A DNA stretch of 63,990 nucleotides, counting the filler, from Choristocarpus tenellus KU-1152 (taxonomy: Eukaryota; Protista; Phaeophyceae), in NCBI GenBank assembly GCA_964200185.2. It is 10 parts of 10 records of this genome, joined end to end, with 100 filler letters (N's around TTAATTAATTAA, not from the genome) between each part and the next. Parts side by side here need not be neighbours in the genome. Positions count along the whole stretch, not along the records: positions 6,919 to 15,770 come from CAXNAD020004260.1; positions 15,871 to 20,377 come from CAXNAD020014238.1; positions 20,478 to 32,471 come from CAXNAD020002034.1; 7 more parts are not named here. One strand, 5' to 3'. The stretch's first letter is position 1; every line of letters starts with the position of its first letter. Positions 12,326 through 24,832 of the stretch are shown one piece after another. A program made the position numbers and the translations under genes. The notes beneath the pieces were generated by a model. It was not told the DNA's origin, made no database searches, and worked only from the letters and a program-made list of their open reading frames with translations.

Positions 12326-12583
12326 GAGTGAAAGTATCTTAAGAGGGTACAAGTTTTTCCCTGTTTGTCCATTTGGGGCTGGCTTCCCATATATTTATTA
12401 ATGACATTTTCCTACTCCAAATTGTTTCGGAGTAGGTAAAATGTTTACTCTATGAACGTTGTGGCCGGAACAAAGATATTGACATTTCCTAACAAACAGG
12501 ATAGCCAAAATTACATCAAAATTGCAACATTGGATTTTGGCCCCCAAATGGACGCGACTATACCCTCTAAGATACTTTGGCTC
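12326..12583 (+). mobile_element. MITE family A, full length
   Basis: Family A TIRs and central palindrome. Flanks TTT/TTT. Confidence 0.9.
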
Positions 12584-12659
12584 TTTATCCCTAGAAAGCA
12601 CTTACTCAGGCAAACATCATGTTATGATCATTCCCACTGGAGTACTCCCATAAATCATC

Positions 12660-12790
12660 TAATTCGATGAAGCTTGTTCGCCTTCTCAGCCTTTTCCTTG
12701 CTTATATGGGGAATTTAGAAGACGTTGTCACCCGTGGATTCCACCACTTCAGCGTAGACTGCGAAGAGGCTCTACCAGACGGACTCTAAT
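12660..12790 (-). mobile_element. Tc1/mariner (DD39D-like) transposase C-terminal remnant
   Basis: Minus strand reads VW*SLFAVYAEVVESTGDNVF*IPHISKEKAEK, resembling the GxNxY/FKIPHxxKxK tail of mariner-like transposases. Confidence 0.55.
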
Positions 12791-13772
12791 TACTGTCCAT
12801 TCATATACAAGAGCAAATATGAGTTTACCAACAAATAACTCTTGTACATGACTCTACATGCATAATATTAGGTATCTCTGATACAGTTGGGAGAGTCCAT
12901 CTGAACACCTTCCCTAGCTTTAACAACTTTGTGAGCGGTCACTAAACATAACTAGATACTTGGACTCGGTGAATAAAACTACAGACATGTAGAAATATTA
13001 AAATCTGACCAGATGAGAGTGCTACATATAGCTCGCTCTGGTAGTACAGCAAAAACTAACCATGCAGATATGACTTTCCTCGTCAGATGAGGCACGCGCT
13101 ATCAAATCAGCTCCTGGACACACAGTTCACTAATTGAAGTGTCTTTCGGCTGATGATAATGCAGGAACAATGCACTATGAATTACAATGGCTTCCAAACG
13201 ACCAATCAGTGGGAATGTAAAGCAGAAATAACAGAGTGTTCATCATAACTATCTAGTCATATATGTAGAACCAACAACAATCTTGGTCTGAACACAAAAC
13301 AAACTGTGGGTGGGTACCACATCTCGTGGGACATAGTATCAGTGAGTACAGGCACCGTAGTGGCTCATACTGAGCAAACATTTTGCACACAACAAGGACT
13401 GCTGTATAGAGGGACAAAATCAAGCTACAGTCGAAACTAAAGTCGATGCTACAAAAATACCATCTTTGCAACTCTAGAAGGCATGCAGCTTGCATCGTGC
13501 AATATATGGTAACACACACGAAAGCCCAGACAACATGCCATTCTAAACGCCTGAAATAGATTCAAAGCAAATCCATTGTCACTCTTCTATGCCACGAAAA
13601 CACTCAATAACACACTGGAGGATGTTAAAGCATGCCACACAATTAGCAACCTGTAAGTAGTTTTTAACTAATTAACTTCCTAACAAATACTTCAAGGTTG
13701 GGGCAGGTCTTTCCATATAAAATACCTCTCATTAGAACGTACCAATATTGGATGCACACACTAAAACAACTT

Positions 13773-14002
13773 GAGTGAAAGTATCTTAGAGGTAACAAAT
13801 TTTTCCCTGTTTGTCGATTTGGGGCTTGTCTTCCCACAGGTGTTTTATGATATTTTCCTACTCAGAAATGTTACGGAGTAGGTAAAATGTATGCGTTTTG
13901 AAAAGATGTGTCCGGGACGATAGTAAAATTTCCATCAAAATCGGAATACTGGATTTTACCCCCCAAATGGACGCCGCTCTACCCTCTAATAAACTTTTTC
14001 TC
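13773..14002 (+). mobile_element. MITE family A, internally deleted
   Basis: Family A termini, somewhat decayed. Flanks ACTT/ACCT. Confidence 0.85.
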
Positions 14003-14103
14003 ACCTATCATAACTACATGTGAGGGTCAAGTCAACTACTATGCAATTGCTATAATGCGGAAGTCTCGGTAGGACCTCCATGTCACAAGATGTATAGCTC
14101 CAA

Positions 14104-14677
14104 TGTCATAGGCGAGTAGCGCGAATATTTCTTCCCGCGCTTTAACCGGTGCGAGCAGTGTACACGCGTGGGAAACCCCAACAGTGGGGAACTCCGATTT
14201 GCTAAAAAGTTGTTGAATAAGTCTGTAACTCGGGAAAGTCGCAAGGGTACCCAGATGGAAAGGTCGCAAGGGTTCTCAGATATATTCCAATGTCTGTAAA
14301 TCAAAGAAGCCCCAACGGTAAATGATGAAAAGAGATCCTAAAAAGGGCTCCAAATGACTCAGTTCATCTCTAGAGACCCACTTAAAGCACTCTTACTGAT
14401 ACCAATAAACATTTCTTATGCTGATTGATTCATCGAGAGTACTGCTGTTCTGCTGAGCTGACGTTCGTTGACCTGCGGATTGGACCCCTTTGGCTGTCGG
14501 AGTATCCTGGGAGCCTTGTACGAGCATCAACGTCATCTATAGGCCCGTGGATTGGAGCTACACATCTTGTGGAGCATCCTGGGAGCTCTGTATGAACCAT
14601 TGGGGTCATCTATAGGCCTGTGGACTGGAGCTTACATATCTCTGATGGAGGTAAGCTTCTGGAGCGTCCCTTTAACA
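14104..14677 (+). mobile_element. TGT...ACA element, subfamily B1, nested in an older opposite-strand B1 copy (about 14048-14103 plus 14678-14791)
   Basis: Termini tgtcataggcg...tttaaca with a CCAA/CCAA TSD. The flanks rejoin as ...gatgtatagctccaa|tccataggcc..., matching the start of the B1 copy at 40902. Confidence 0.82.
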
Positions 14678-15463
14678 CCAATCCATAGGCCTATACATGA
14701 CGCTGATATTCGTACAAGCCTCCCGGGGTACTCCGACAGTCAAAGGTGTAGCGCAGGTCGACGGACACACCAGGTCAGCAGAACAGAGGTACGTTTCCCA
14801 ACGTTCAGTATATATTGCATCGGAATCAAAGAAAAGTGCTGAGAATGCATTGATTATGCTATACTCTTTTATTTCTTTATCGTCATCTCCGTTTTATCTG
14901 TTTTGGTTTACAGAAGTGGACTACATTTGAAAACCGCTGCATACATTCCCCAGTTACAGATCTTACTCTGCAACTCTTGCACAAGCTTGCATGACACACT
15001 CCCCTGCTATGAACATACAGTAGGATGAACGTCATTCCTAGCAGGGCAAAGGTAATGCCATAAACTCTATTTGGAGACTCCCCTATCACAACATAGCCTG
15101 ATGGGATATCATTCTTACTAGGATAAAGTAAAGACAGGTAAAATCAGGATCGGGTTTCACTTGAGAGGGATGACTCTCCTTTACAAGCTTGTCTGCTGAA
15201 ACAGTTACAACCAAGTCTTCAAAAAAATATTGCTACTAGGTTGGGTATATCTAGCAATATTTGAAGTCAACTGGAATGATCTTTCACAATAAATGCACTT
15301 GCTATACTTGGAGAATGAACTCGCAAATCCAGAAATCCCTTTGTCGGCAATCAATCAATCATGAACAGACTATAGGTATAGACTATAACAAAGAGTATTA
15401 AATGAAATCCATACTTGTCAACTCGATTGTAATATCTGTCAACAAGAAGTACAACGACATTTA

Positions 15464-15631
15464 GACCCAAATCATTCAAGAGGGTAGGACTGCGTCCGTT
15501 CGGGATCGTCATATAAATCCGATGTTGCGACTTTGATTCATTTTGGCTATGGTGTTTGTTAGCAAGTGTCAATATCGTTGCTCCCGACACACCTTTCATA
15601 GTCGTATACATTTTAAATGTTTTTTTGACTC
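15464..15631 (-). mobile_element. MITE family A', internally deleted
   Basis: gacccaaatcattcaagagggtagg...tttgactc. Reverse homolog of 9535-9772. Confidence 0.7.
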
Positions 15632-16062
15632 TCAGTCGTACAGAAGGTGATGCAAAATACGTATCTCCAGAAAATTATCACCGTTACCCATTTCGTGACA
15701 CACATGACATTCAGTGTGGCTCAGCACAATCAGATAAAACTCAAAGTATCTGGGGGGGTGGGGGGTGGTTNNNNNNNNNNNNNNNNNNNNNNNNNNNNNN
15801 NNNNNNNNNNNNNNTTAATTAATTAANNNNNNNNNNNNNNNNNNNNNNNNNNNNNNNNNNNNNNNNNNNNGCGCTGCGGTCATGCTGAAGTAAATAGGAT
15901 GCCCCCCTCCCTGCCCCCCTCCCTGCCCTCAACCTGATTATAGCCTTGACATCGTTGGTCCAACAAAGAGAACAATGTGAGACTATTCGGGAGGGAGAGG
16001 TTTATGATTGTGTTTTTGTTACCCAACATGTTCTGATGGAATTGATGGGAATTGTACTTTGA

Positions 16063-16099
<37 letters not shown>

Positions 16100-16419
16100 T
16101 TTTGGGGGTGGGCGGGGGGGGGGCGGGGGGGGGGGGGGGAGAGCGGGGGGGGCGGGCGCGTGGCAAAAAAAAANNNNNNNNNNAAAATTGGGGGGATTTG
16201 GGGGGGGGGGGGTTTTTTTTTTGTTTTTTTTTTCCCCCACTTTTTTTTGGATTTGTGGGGGGTTTTTTTTTTTCCCCCCCCCCCCCCCCCCCCCACCTTC
16301 TCCCGGTCTAGGTTGGGGCATGCTGGTGTGCTGCTTGTCTACGTCTATAGTACATAGGAGAAGAATAGAGTAGTTGTGTTTTGCGCCTAAATCTATCCTC
16401 GGCACTATGGTGACTTATG

Positions 16420-16611
16420 TTAATATTATTATTATTCTTAATGTTGATATTATTGTTAATGTTAATGTTATTGTTATTGTTATTGTTAATGTTATTGTTA
16501 TTGTTAATGTTATTGTTAATGTTATTATTATTGTTAATGTTATTATTATTATTGTTAATGCTATTATTATTGTTAATGTTAATGTTGTTGTTGTTGTTGT
16601 GGTTGTGGTTG
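16420..16611. repeat. Compound (TTA/TTG/ATG)n trinucleotide microsatellite
   Basis: Seen directly in the sequence. Confidence 0.9.
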
Positions 16612-16615
16612 TGAG

Positions 16616-17688
16616 GTGTCTGCGGTCACATCCGAGCCAAGGGAGGTTCTCCGTCGCCTTCCTCTAGCGGTAACAGTGCACCTGTTACTTCTGGCATGCT
16701 ACAAGGCGTACCAGGTGATTTTTTTTTCGATTTTGAAGAGAGGATTGTGAGAGAGAGAGAGAGAGAGAGAGAGAGTGCCGGGGACAAAATAACGACTCTT
16801 CGTGTAATTTTTTTTTTTTTATCCGTCTCTTCTTCTGTTCTTGTGATGGAAGTAGACCTTGTGGTGTTTTGTGTACTACTACTCTGTCTTGACCCCTTTT
16901 TGTTTAGGTGAATCATTGACGAGGGGATCGTAGTGGTTGATTGCAACTCTCTTACTCGGGATGCGATGGACTCGGGAGTAATACACAATACTCTTTTCTT
17001 TTTTTTTTGTTCTCAAGGGCATGCATTGTTTGTTTTCTTGATTCCTCTCTGTAGAATTTTCTCAGAATATTCCCCCCGTCCTTCCTATTTTTATTTCTTT
17101 TTGTTTTTTGTTTTTTGTTTTTTTGCAGTAGTAGTAGTAGTAGTGCACCCTTTTCAGAGAGCGCTACTGCTTCTGTTGTAGCGGAATGCTGTACCCGCCT
17201 GTTGCCTAGGCTTGTTGCGCAGGAGTTCAACGACAAAATTTGGGATTATTATCTTTTTTTTTTTTTAATTGTGAATTTGATTTGAAGAGGCGTGTGAAGG
17301 GAGTGGTGATTCACACACAAGAACTCGGACTGGAACAGAGACATGTCAAGTGGTGCAGTGGTAACTTGTACTGGTATCATGTACAATGCTGCATAGAAGG
17401 TAGGCGTGTGCTGTAAAGTAACAGAAAAAAAAACGTTTTTGTGCCTGTATGTGCTCCTTGTCTGTACTAAGTTACCACTGTCATCATCATTGGCATTAAT
17501 GTGATCTTTTCGGTATGTGTAGATGCGTGCATAACTGTGTGAAAAATTCTCATGAACGATGCATTGAAACGACTGCCAAGGTGTTGAAAACCTTGTTGTG
17601 CGTCAGGCGGTTTTTGTATGTAAGGTGGCGAGGTGTGTGTGTGGAGGAGAGTGTTCGCCTCTCTTAGGCGATTGTGAGCCTTGGGTGA

Positions 17689-17738
<50 letters not shown>

Positions 17739-18443
17739 GATATCTTGGATTTAATGCTTATTACTTCTATGTATTAGTTTTGTTTGTGTTTGTAGGTATT
17801 TATGCCCTGGTGTTACTATATTGTGTCATTGAGTTGTTGTCATGTGGGGTGTGTGGGGGCTACTGGAAAGACAACAAGAGATGGGGTTTTGGAGAAGGAC
17901 CCGTGTTGTATATCTAGAAGAATTTCGATTGGAAGGATGCTGTACCTTGTGCTGTACTACTGTACCCCTACCTGTGTGTGTCCCAACAGACCAATAGACT
18001 ACAGTGCTTACTACCCTGCCCAATGTGAGTATTCTCACCGGGGTTTGATATGCTCATGTGTGATTGGCATCAATGCCATCGCCACCACCCTAACCCTAAC
18101 CCTCGTGATAGCCCGAAATGTGCCACCGCCTACAGATCGAGCTAATTTGTCTACATTTTTCTTTTTTGTTCCACCCATGAGACCTGCATGCATTGTACCA
18201 ACATATGTGGAAGAAAGACCCCCCCCAGACGCAATCAGGGAACATTTCTCAAGGGCATCATAGATCGTGCGTCACATGCAATTAAACGCGTGTAATCCGT
18301 GCTTATTTCTGATTCGATGTACCTCCACGTAGGAGGTTCATCTTAGTCTCTCTTTCCTGCGTTTACATCTAATGGTCTTCCAGTATCTCTTTTATTGAGA
18401 GGTCATTAGCCTTAGCCCTGTTCCTTCCCCTGTTCCATTCCCT

Positions 18444-18494
<51 letters not shown>

Positions 18495-20054
18495 TGCCCC
18501 CCCTCCCCTTCTCTCTCCTCCCCCTGCCTCCTCTTCGCCCGTCTGCCCTCGTTCTCGCGGNNNNNNNNNNATCTCTTTTTTTGAGAGGTCATTAGCCTTA
18601 GCCCTGTTCCCCCCCCTCTCCCCTCCCCTCTCCCCCCCCCCCCCCCCCCCGCCCTCCCTCCATTCCATTCTGTGTTGATCTCTCTCCCTCTCTCTCGGGT
18701 GAACTTGACCATGCATGGCAGGAGGACCGTGCTCGCTGGGCAAAAGAAGACGTGGCAGCCAATGCTGAAAGGGAAGCTGCTGCAGCTGTTGGACTTTCCA
18801 CGCATACCCCTGCTACAGCTACCGGTGAGGTTGCTTCCATTGCATCCACAGCTGGTGGCCTTGCCTCTGCTTGGGGTGTGTTGACTTCATCATCAACTAC
18901 AGGAACACGTGGCTAGTCATGTTTCTGTCGAGGGGCGTGTGAACATATTAAGATGCCCCTGTAGTATGGTGGCTGTAGTTCTATCCTATCCTAGGCAGGA
19001 CTGCAGTGCCTTCCTTGGTGGTGTGTACCTTGGTGGGTATATCACACAAAGTCTATTGCCTTGAATGTTGGCTGGGCAAGAGTGTGAAGGGCACAGGAGT
19101 CTCTCCTTGGTAAAGGGGCAGGTCAATATTTCGACAGGGTGAAAGGGACGGAGGGACTTGGTACTGAAGGGATGATAGTATTAGGAGTGCGTACCGATGG
19201 AATACCTAGAGTAGAAAAGCCTTGAAGAGAAATAATCCCATTCAGTCAATAGCGTGTGTTTTACTCTCAACCTCTCCAACCCTTTCAATCCTGTTTGGCA
19301 CAACTCAGGTAGTAAACCGCCCCAGAGCATTCCTGGGACTACGGGAATGTCTGCAGCTAGCCCAGGGGTGGTGACAGCAGCTACAGGGCGAGTGGGTGGG
19401 GGTAGGGTACTACGGGCTGAGGGAGCAGATGGACAGGAGTTACGGGCAGAGGATGATGGCAGCAGGGTTGAAGATGAGGGATGGGTCGGTCTCTTCTCAG
19501 GGCGCCCAGCCTCTTCTTCGACAAGGCAGAGGAGTGGGGGGGGAGGGAGGGGTCTTGGGCAGGATGGGAGCGGGGGTAGGGGTGCAGGAGTTGGTATAAC
19601 TATGGAAGGTGGTGGTGGCGGTGGTAGTATGCAACGTAACAAGGCCTCCTCTCTCACCGCTGAAAAGAGCAAGGCGATTCGATTGCGTTGGTTGGCTGGG
19701 CCACTGAGAGACAGTGTGGCGGAGCGAGTTTGGGCAATGCCAGCTGTGGCACTTGATAGGAAGGGGGGGGAGAGGGGGGGGTCAGTGGCAGGCGAGGCTA
19801 TGGCTCTGTTGCTACGGGACCTGTCGCATACTTCCATGGGAAGGCGAGTGTCGGCTCGTAGGGCGCTCCAGAGTGTTCTCTTGTCACCCCCGGCGAGGGT
19901 AGGGGGTCAGGGAGGTGGGAGTGGTGAGGGATTGGGGGGGAGGGGAGGGGCACAAGGGCTGGACCTGGGTGATTCTGTGGTGATTCTGGAGGAGGCAGAC
20001 AAGGAGCAATGTGGGTGGCTTTTTCGGTGCCGACTTCTTCCGTCTTGGAAAGAG
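16616..20054 (+). CDS. Internal exons of a large protein, probably Integrator complex subunit 1 (INTS1)-like; partial
   Basis: Phase-compatible exons 16616-16714, 18722-18824 and 19309-20054. VSAVTSEPREVLRRLPLAVTVHLLL, EAMALLLRDLSHTSMGRRVSARRALQSVL and GWLFRCRLLPSWKE follow the order of motifs I recall for the INTS1 middle region. The family call is from memory, not a search. Confidence 0.55.
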
Positions 20055-21120
20055 GTGAGAAGGCTGGACAGGTTGGGGGGATTGATGTTTGCATGGGCTG
20101 TGTGTAGGAGAAAATCGATCATTTGCTCTTGTGCTTTATGTTTGTTGCTTGTTGTCGAGAGGCACAACCTGCTGCCATGAACGATAGGGGGGAAGCATTG
20201 ATAGGAGCGTCTCTCTCACTCTGGAAGGAGAGTAATGATTCCGAAAAAATGGATTGGTATTGATAGTAAATGACTTAGAAGGGATTTTTTTGGGGGGGGG
20301 GTGGGTGGAGGGGAGGACTGGATGTAGTGTGTTGCTACCATCCCCCCCCCCCCCCCCCCCCCTCTTTCCTCTTGTCGNNNNNNNNNNNNNNNNNNNNNNN
20401 NNNNNNNNNNNNNNNNNNNNNTTAATTAATTAANNNNNNNNNNNNNNNNNNNNNNNNNNNNNNNNNNNNNNNNNNNNCGGTTGCCTGTCCCCCTCTACTT
20501 TGTTTTTTGTAGCCCCCCCCCCCCCCCCCCCCCCCCCCAGGCACCATCCCCTCTTTCCTTCTCACTCCCCCCAGGTTGTTCTTTTCTATGCACTTTGATT
20601 ACTACTGAGGGTGTGTGTGTGTGTGTGGGGGGGGCTGTCCCCTCGCCTCGCTTCTCCTGCTGTCCCCTTGTCTGGATTTTATTTTCATCCTGATATGCAC
20701 AGAGGGTGTATAACTGTCATGTGGCATCTAGTGCCATTCAGGGCGAGTTGTGTGCATGCTTGAAACAGCTCGTGAAGAGAGGCGGTATGTACTACAAAAG
20801 TAATGCTGCAATGTCCTCTGTAGTCAGGGTGGATATCATCTGTAATGCTGGGAGCGTATGTAGACAGAGTGCTTTTTTGCTTTTAGGCAAACACTAAGAA
20901 GAAGGATTTCTGAGTTTTAAGCAGGAACTGCTTGAACTATTGCTATGATTGTTTTGTGTTGATTGAAAAGGACTGAATGTGGGAGAACAAAATGATGAAT
21001 TAATTGGTACTTGTTTGTGTTAGTGGCGCATCTGGTGCTGTGACAAACAAAGTTGCTTGTGGGTGATGCAATGCCTGCGAAGGTGTGGGTCGCTCTATAT
21101 TTTGGAAGTGTTGTAGGTAG

Positions 21121-23154
21121 TTGTGTTCTTTTGGTGGGGGGAGGGATTTGTCAGTAGGATCAGATATCCGCGGGAATCCCCTCCGGATTGATGCATTTCG
21201 ATCAAGGGACGAGCACAGCGATATAGGTGTTGTACTTGAGCAGTTCAAGGTCGTCTTGTTGAACCTTATGACAAAATTTGCCGAGTAAAGAATGTTCACT
21301 TCAATCTAAAACATGTCAGTATTTCCTTGCCTCTTCTGCAAGGTATGCTGAGCTCAAGGTGCAGCTTGCGACGCTCCAGGCTGAGAAAGATAGCACTGTG
21401 CACAGTAGGCATGGAGAGCATTCCTCAAGCCCAAGGAGAAGGTGAGCTATTCGATCCATACTCTGCCAAATAGTTCTCTTGCAAAGCCTGTGTGAAGAGG
21501 CGTGTTTGTGCGTGTGTAACAGAGGATTCCGTGCGTTGCATGTCAGTTTTGTCACCGTAGTTTATCGGTGTACACTGTTGATATGAGTTAGGGTTAGGGT
21601 TAGGGTTAGGGTTAGCGGAGCAAGACCGGGGGTTTTGAATAGGTGGAATGAGTCAAATATAACGAATTAGCTGTAAGTTTGGTGTGCTTGAAATTCTTGA
21701 GGTGTTCAAGTATGTACAGTAACTATTAGTAGTGAGGTATCATTGGTTTCACCTCCATATTTTTTGGAACTGCGATATCGGGATCAATTGCTCCATGCCA
21801 CACGCATCATGTTGCGTTGTTGTATCCCTAGTGTTCTTGTTCTCTCTTTCCCCGTAGTTTCCTAGCATGAAATGTGCATTCTCCTTTTCCCATGCATACT
21901 GTATGTACAGGTGTTGGTTGCGTGATAGAGGTTTCAATTGGGTTCCTCCTCTCCAGAATGCAAAGTAGGATGGGGTGGTGCAGGGCTTGGTACTTGGGTG
22001 TTTAATTTCCTAAGCGTATTTTAGTATCTCGATTTTTTTTTTCTGAAATTCTTGTTACAGAAACATGACAAGTGTTCAAAAAAACAAAAATGCCTAGAAC
22101 CGATCGCCTCCTGATCATCCCTTTGCAGGTCATCTCCCACACCTGATGGCAAGGTGGGCCGGGTGGGGGGTGGAGCAAGCAGCAGACCCCACGCAAAGGA
22201 ATCGTTGTCTTCATCTAAGATGGTAACTGAGAATTCGAGGCACATGCAAGAGAGGCAAGGAGAGATGAGCCGGGCGATTGATTCTCTGAGGGATGCTCTC
22301 CAGGTTACTCAAATCTGTTTTGTTTCATTTTGTTTTGTTTTGTTTTGTTTTGTTCTGTTGAACTATGCTGGCTACATGCTGAAGGAATGTCAGGTCTTGA
22401 ATTTGACCTCACCACATCGCCACATCTCCTTAGAGACCCTGTCTTACATCTAACTGTGGCCTCGTCCAATGTTGGGGCACCTGTCCTTGCCCAAACATAG
22501 TTCATCCTTTCCTTTCAACTGTCTTCGAGTTGCTCATCACTCTCCACCCCAAAATACGTAAGGTTAGTTTAGTTTTGTGCTCATTTTTCTCATCCGATAT
22601 GTTTGAACAACGGTTACTTCAGGGGTCTCTTGCTAGGGAGGGATTTTGTGCCAAGGAGACAGTTCACTGTTACAAAAGCATGCTATCAATGCAATATTTT
22701 CATACAATTGCTTCTTAATTTGCTCCGAATGTTATGCTGTATGTTGTGGTGGTATTATGTACCATGACTCCTTCTTGCTACGCCTGTGTATTTCACTTTT
22801 CAATGGCATCACTTTGTGCCATCAAGCCATCTCTGATTCCTTCTCAAGGATGTGGATTCTTTCATGGGCGGGATGACCAACACATTTTGCTCCCTCCTGG
22901 AACACACATTTGACTGTATCGTATGCTCTACCAACCCAAACCCAAATATCCATCTAGCTACCACAATAGCCCGGCCAATGTGTCATCCAAAAGCCAAGCT
23001 AAAACCATAAATCTTCAATGCCTAATTGCCACAGGAGAAGGAACTGCAGCTGGATGGGCAAAGACAAACCAATGCCTTCCTCCTTGAGAGGATGCAGGCC
23101 TTGGAGGGACAGCTCAAGAAGGAGCATGGGCAAGCAATACCTCAGGGGGAATGA
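21121..23154 (+). CDS. 3' exons of a coiled-coil protein of unknown function; partial
   Basis: Phase-compatible exons 21121-21249, 21320-21441, 22129-22303 and 23035-23154 (TGA). Heptad-like YAELKVQLATLQAEK and IDSLRDALQEKELQLDGQRQTNAFLLERMQALEGQLKK. Confidence 0.65.
21588..21615 (+). repeat. Interstitial telomere-like (TTAGGG)4+ run
   Basis: Seen directly. Shorter (CCCTAA)n runs occur at about 18088-18103 and 30913-30932. Confidence 0.85.
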
Positions 23155-24646
23155 AGATGGTGCAATACAGTTGAGGGGGGAAGGGGCAGCAAGCTCGTCA
23201 AATTGTGCAAAATCCTGTCTGGAAAGTTCAATTTTTGACGTTGGTAATATACGCACAAGAGTCCTTACTCTCAGAAGGGTTCCATATGGACAGTGAACAT
23301 AGTTTGTCCAAGGTCTGTATAATAACACCTGCAGCAAGGTCACACCAAAAGTCTGATAACTCAACTTGTAACCGCTTGGCTGAGTGTTTTTGTTCTATTT
23401 GATCAATGCTATGCAGTACCTTTTTGGTATTGTTGTAGATGCAAGAAGGCATTGTATTGTTCCCACCACCACACTGCTTTCGTTTTCAGGGGTATTGTAA
23501 AAGAGGGGAGGGGAGAACGTGAAGAGTGTTTTAAGGGACTGTTGTACTGTGTTGCAAATTTACGTCTGGTGGTTTCGATCCTTGAATGTGGTTAAATTTT
23601 GGAGGTATTGTTGGACGTTGTGTTGTTTGCGTCTTGTGATGAGCACTTGATATTTAGCCCTTCCCTAGCGATTTTTGGTGATAATGGTTTTCTGCACTTT
23701 CTTCATTAATGCTTGAGGACTTCACTGCCCTTTGCGTTGGATGCCATAGCTGGTTGTGTAAAGGTTGATATGGATGGTGAGAAGGAGATGACAGGCTACC
23801 ACGGGTTGCTTTGTTGATTCAAGAGCTCAGAATGCAACTGGAAATATATTAAGTGCAGGTGACAACCAAACATGAGTTTGAAAGCTGAGAGCTCTCAATG
23901 ACTGGCTTCATGCTAGATTTTTCCCTGGAGGGATACTATTAGTCTGGCCTTTGAAAGCTTTTTGATGAAATGACACAATATGAAAGTGTAATTTTATATG
24001 CTACTATCCTACTACTTACGCATGATCACATTCGTGGATGGATCAATCCCCCTGCCTCCCGACGAGCACTGTAGCATTGTTTTATATTTCATGTGTAGAC
24101 CACTAAGATATAACCATACAATCGACCGTCGATCACTTCCGCCCTTTAAAGTGGGTCTGGCTTGTGGGCATGCATCATCCGTATGTCCTTCTCCCATGGT
24201 CTGCCAGCCAGATGTAGACAGGCCTTTAGTACAGCAACTAATGTGAATTGAGTGCACATACAACACTCTTAAGACCACACACAACACAAGGCAACCACCT
24301 TTGTGGAACGCCAAATACAGGTGAGCACAGAGTAGCGGGCAGAGAACTAGTTTCTGAATAGAATGTAAAATTACTCATGACTGACTGTAAGTTCATTTGA
24401 GTGGAAAATTTTGATCATTATGATACTTGAGTAATTGGTGACACCAGACTCACTCGGTATTGAATAGATGAAGTGTAGATGAAGTCAAGGCACGACTTTT
24501 AATGCAGCAAACACGACTGTACTTCCCCTCCCCAGGGTTCAAGTGTAGAAATTGGACAGTTGTAGACTTCAAAAGGCAACCAGAAATTATGCATTCAGAG
24601 CCTCCAAGAAAATTAAACAGGTGTAAGCATGGTCACTGAAGGGTTA

Positions 24647-24832
24647 CCTAATTATTAGGAGACTCATGAAACGTCTGGATGTCTTGAAGTGAGTTGGGTT
24701 CACATAATTTGAAGTCAAAAAGCCTTTACCAAAGGCCTCCCTAATTATTAGGAGACTCATGAAACGTCTGGATGTCTTGAAGTGAGTTGGGTTCACATAA
24801 TTTGAAGTCAAAAAGCCTTTACCAAAGGCCTC
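24647..24832. repeat. Perfect 93-bp tandem duplication
   Basis: 24647-24739 equals 24740-24832. Confidence 0.93.

Noticed and set aside
10145-14002. Recurring ~260-bp palindromic units as a CRISPR-like or regularly spaced array
   Set aside because: Spacing is irregular, both orientations occur, TIRs and TSDs are present, and there are no cas genes. They are MITEs.
15880-16405. Poly-Gly/Pro/Lys/Phe ORFs
   Set aside because: They translate homopolymer G/C/A/T runs around a 10-N gap and reflect low-quality sequence.
16374-16667. Ile/Val/Asn- and Leu/Met-rich ORFs resembling membrane proteins
   Set aside because: They are translations of a trinucleotide microsatellite.
16908-17240. Possible extra exons in the INTS1-like gene (16908 onward; 17158 onward)
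   Set aside because: The first has early stops in all frames and the second lacks a canonical donor. The flanking exons already join in phase without them.
18385-18610. Direct repeat atctctttt.ttgagaggtcattagccttagccctgttcc
   Set aside because: The two copies flank a 10-N gap and poly-C, most likely an uncollapsed overlap. A similar artifact occurs at about 44620-44760.
19181-19837. 218-aa Pro-rich minus-strand ORF
   Set aside because: It is the antisense shadow of the GC-rich plus-strand exon.
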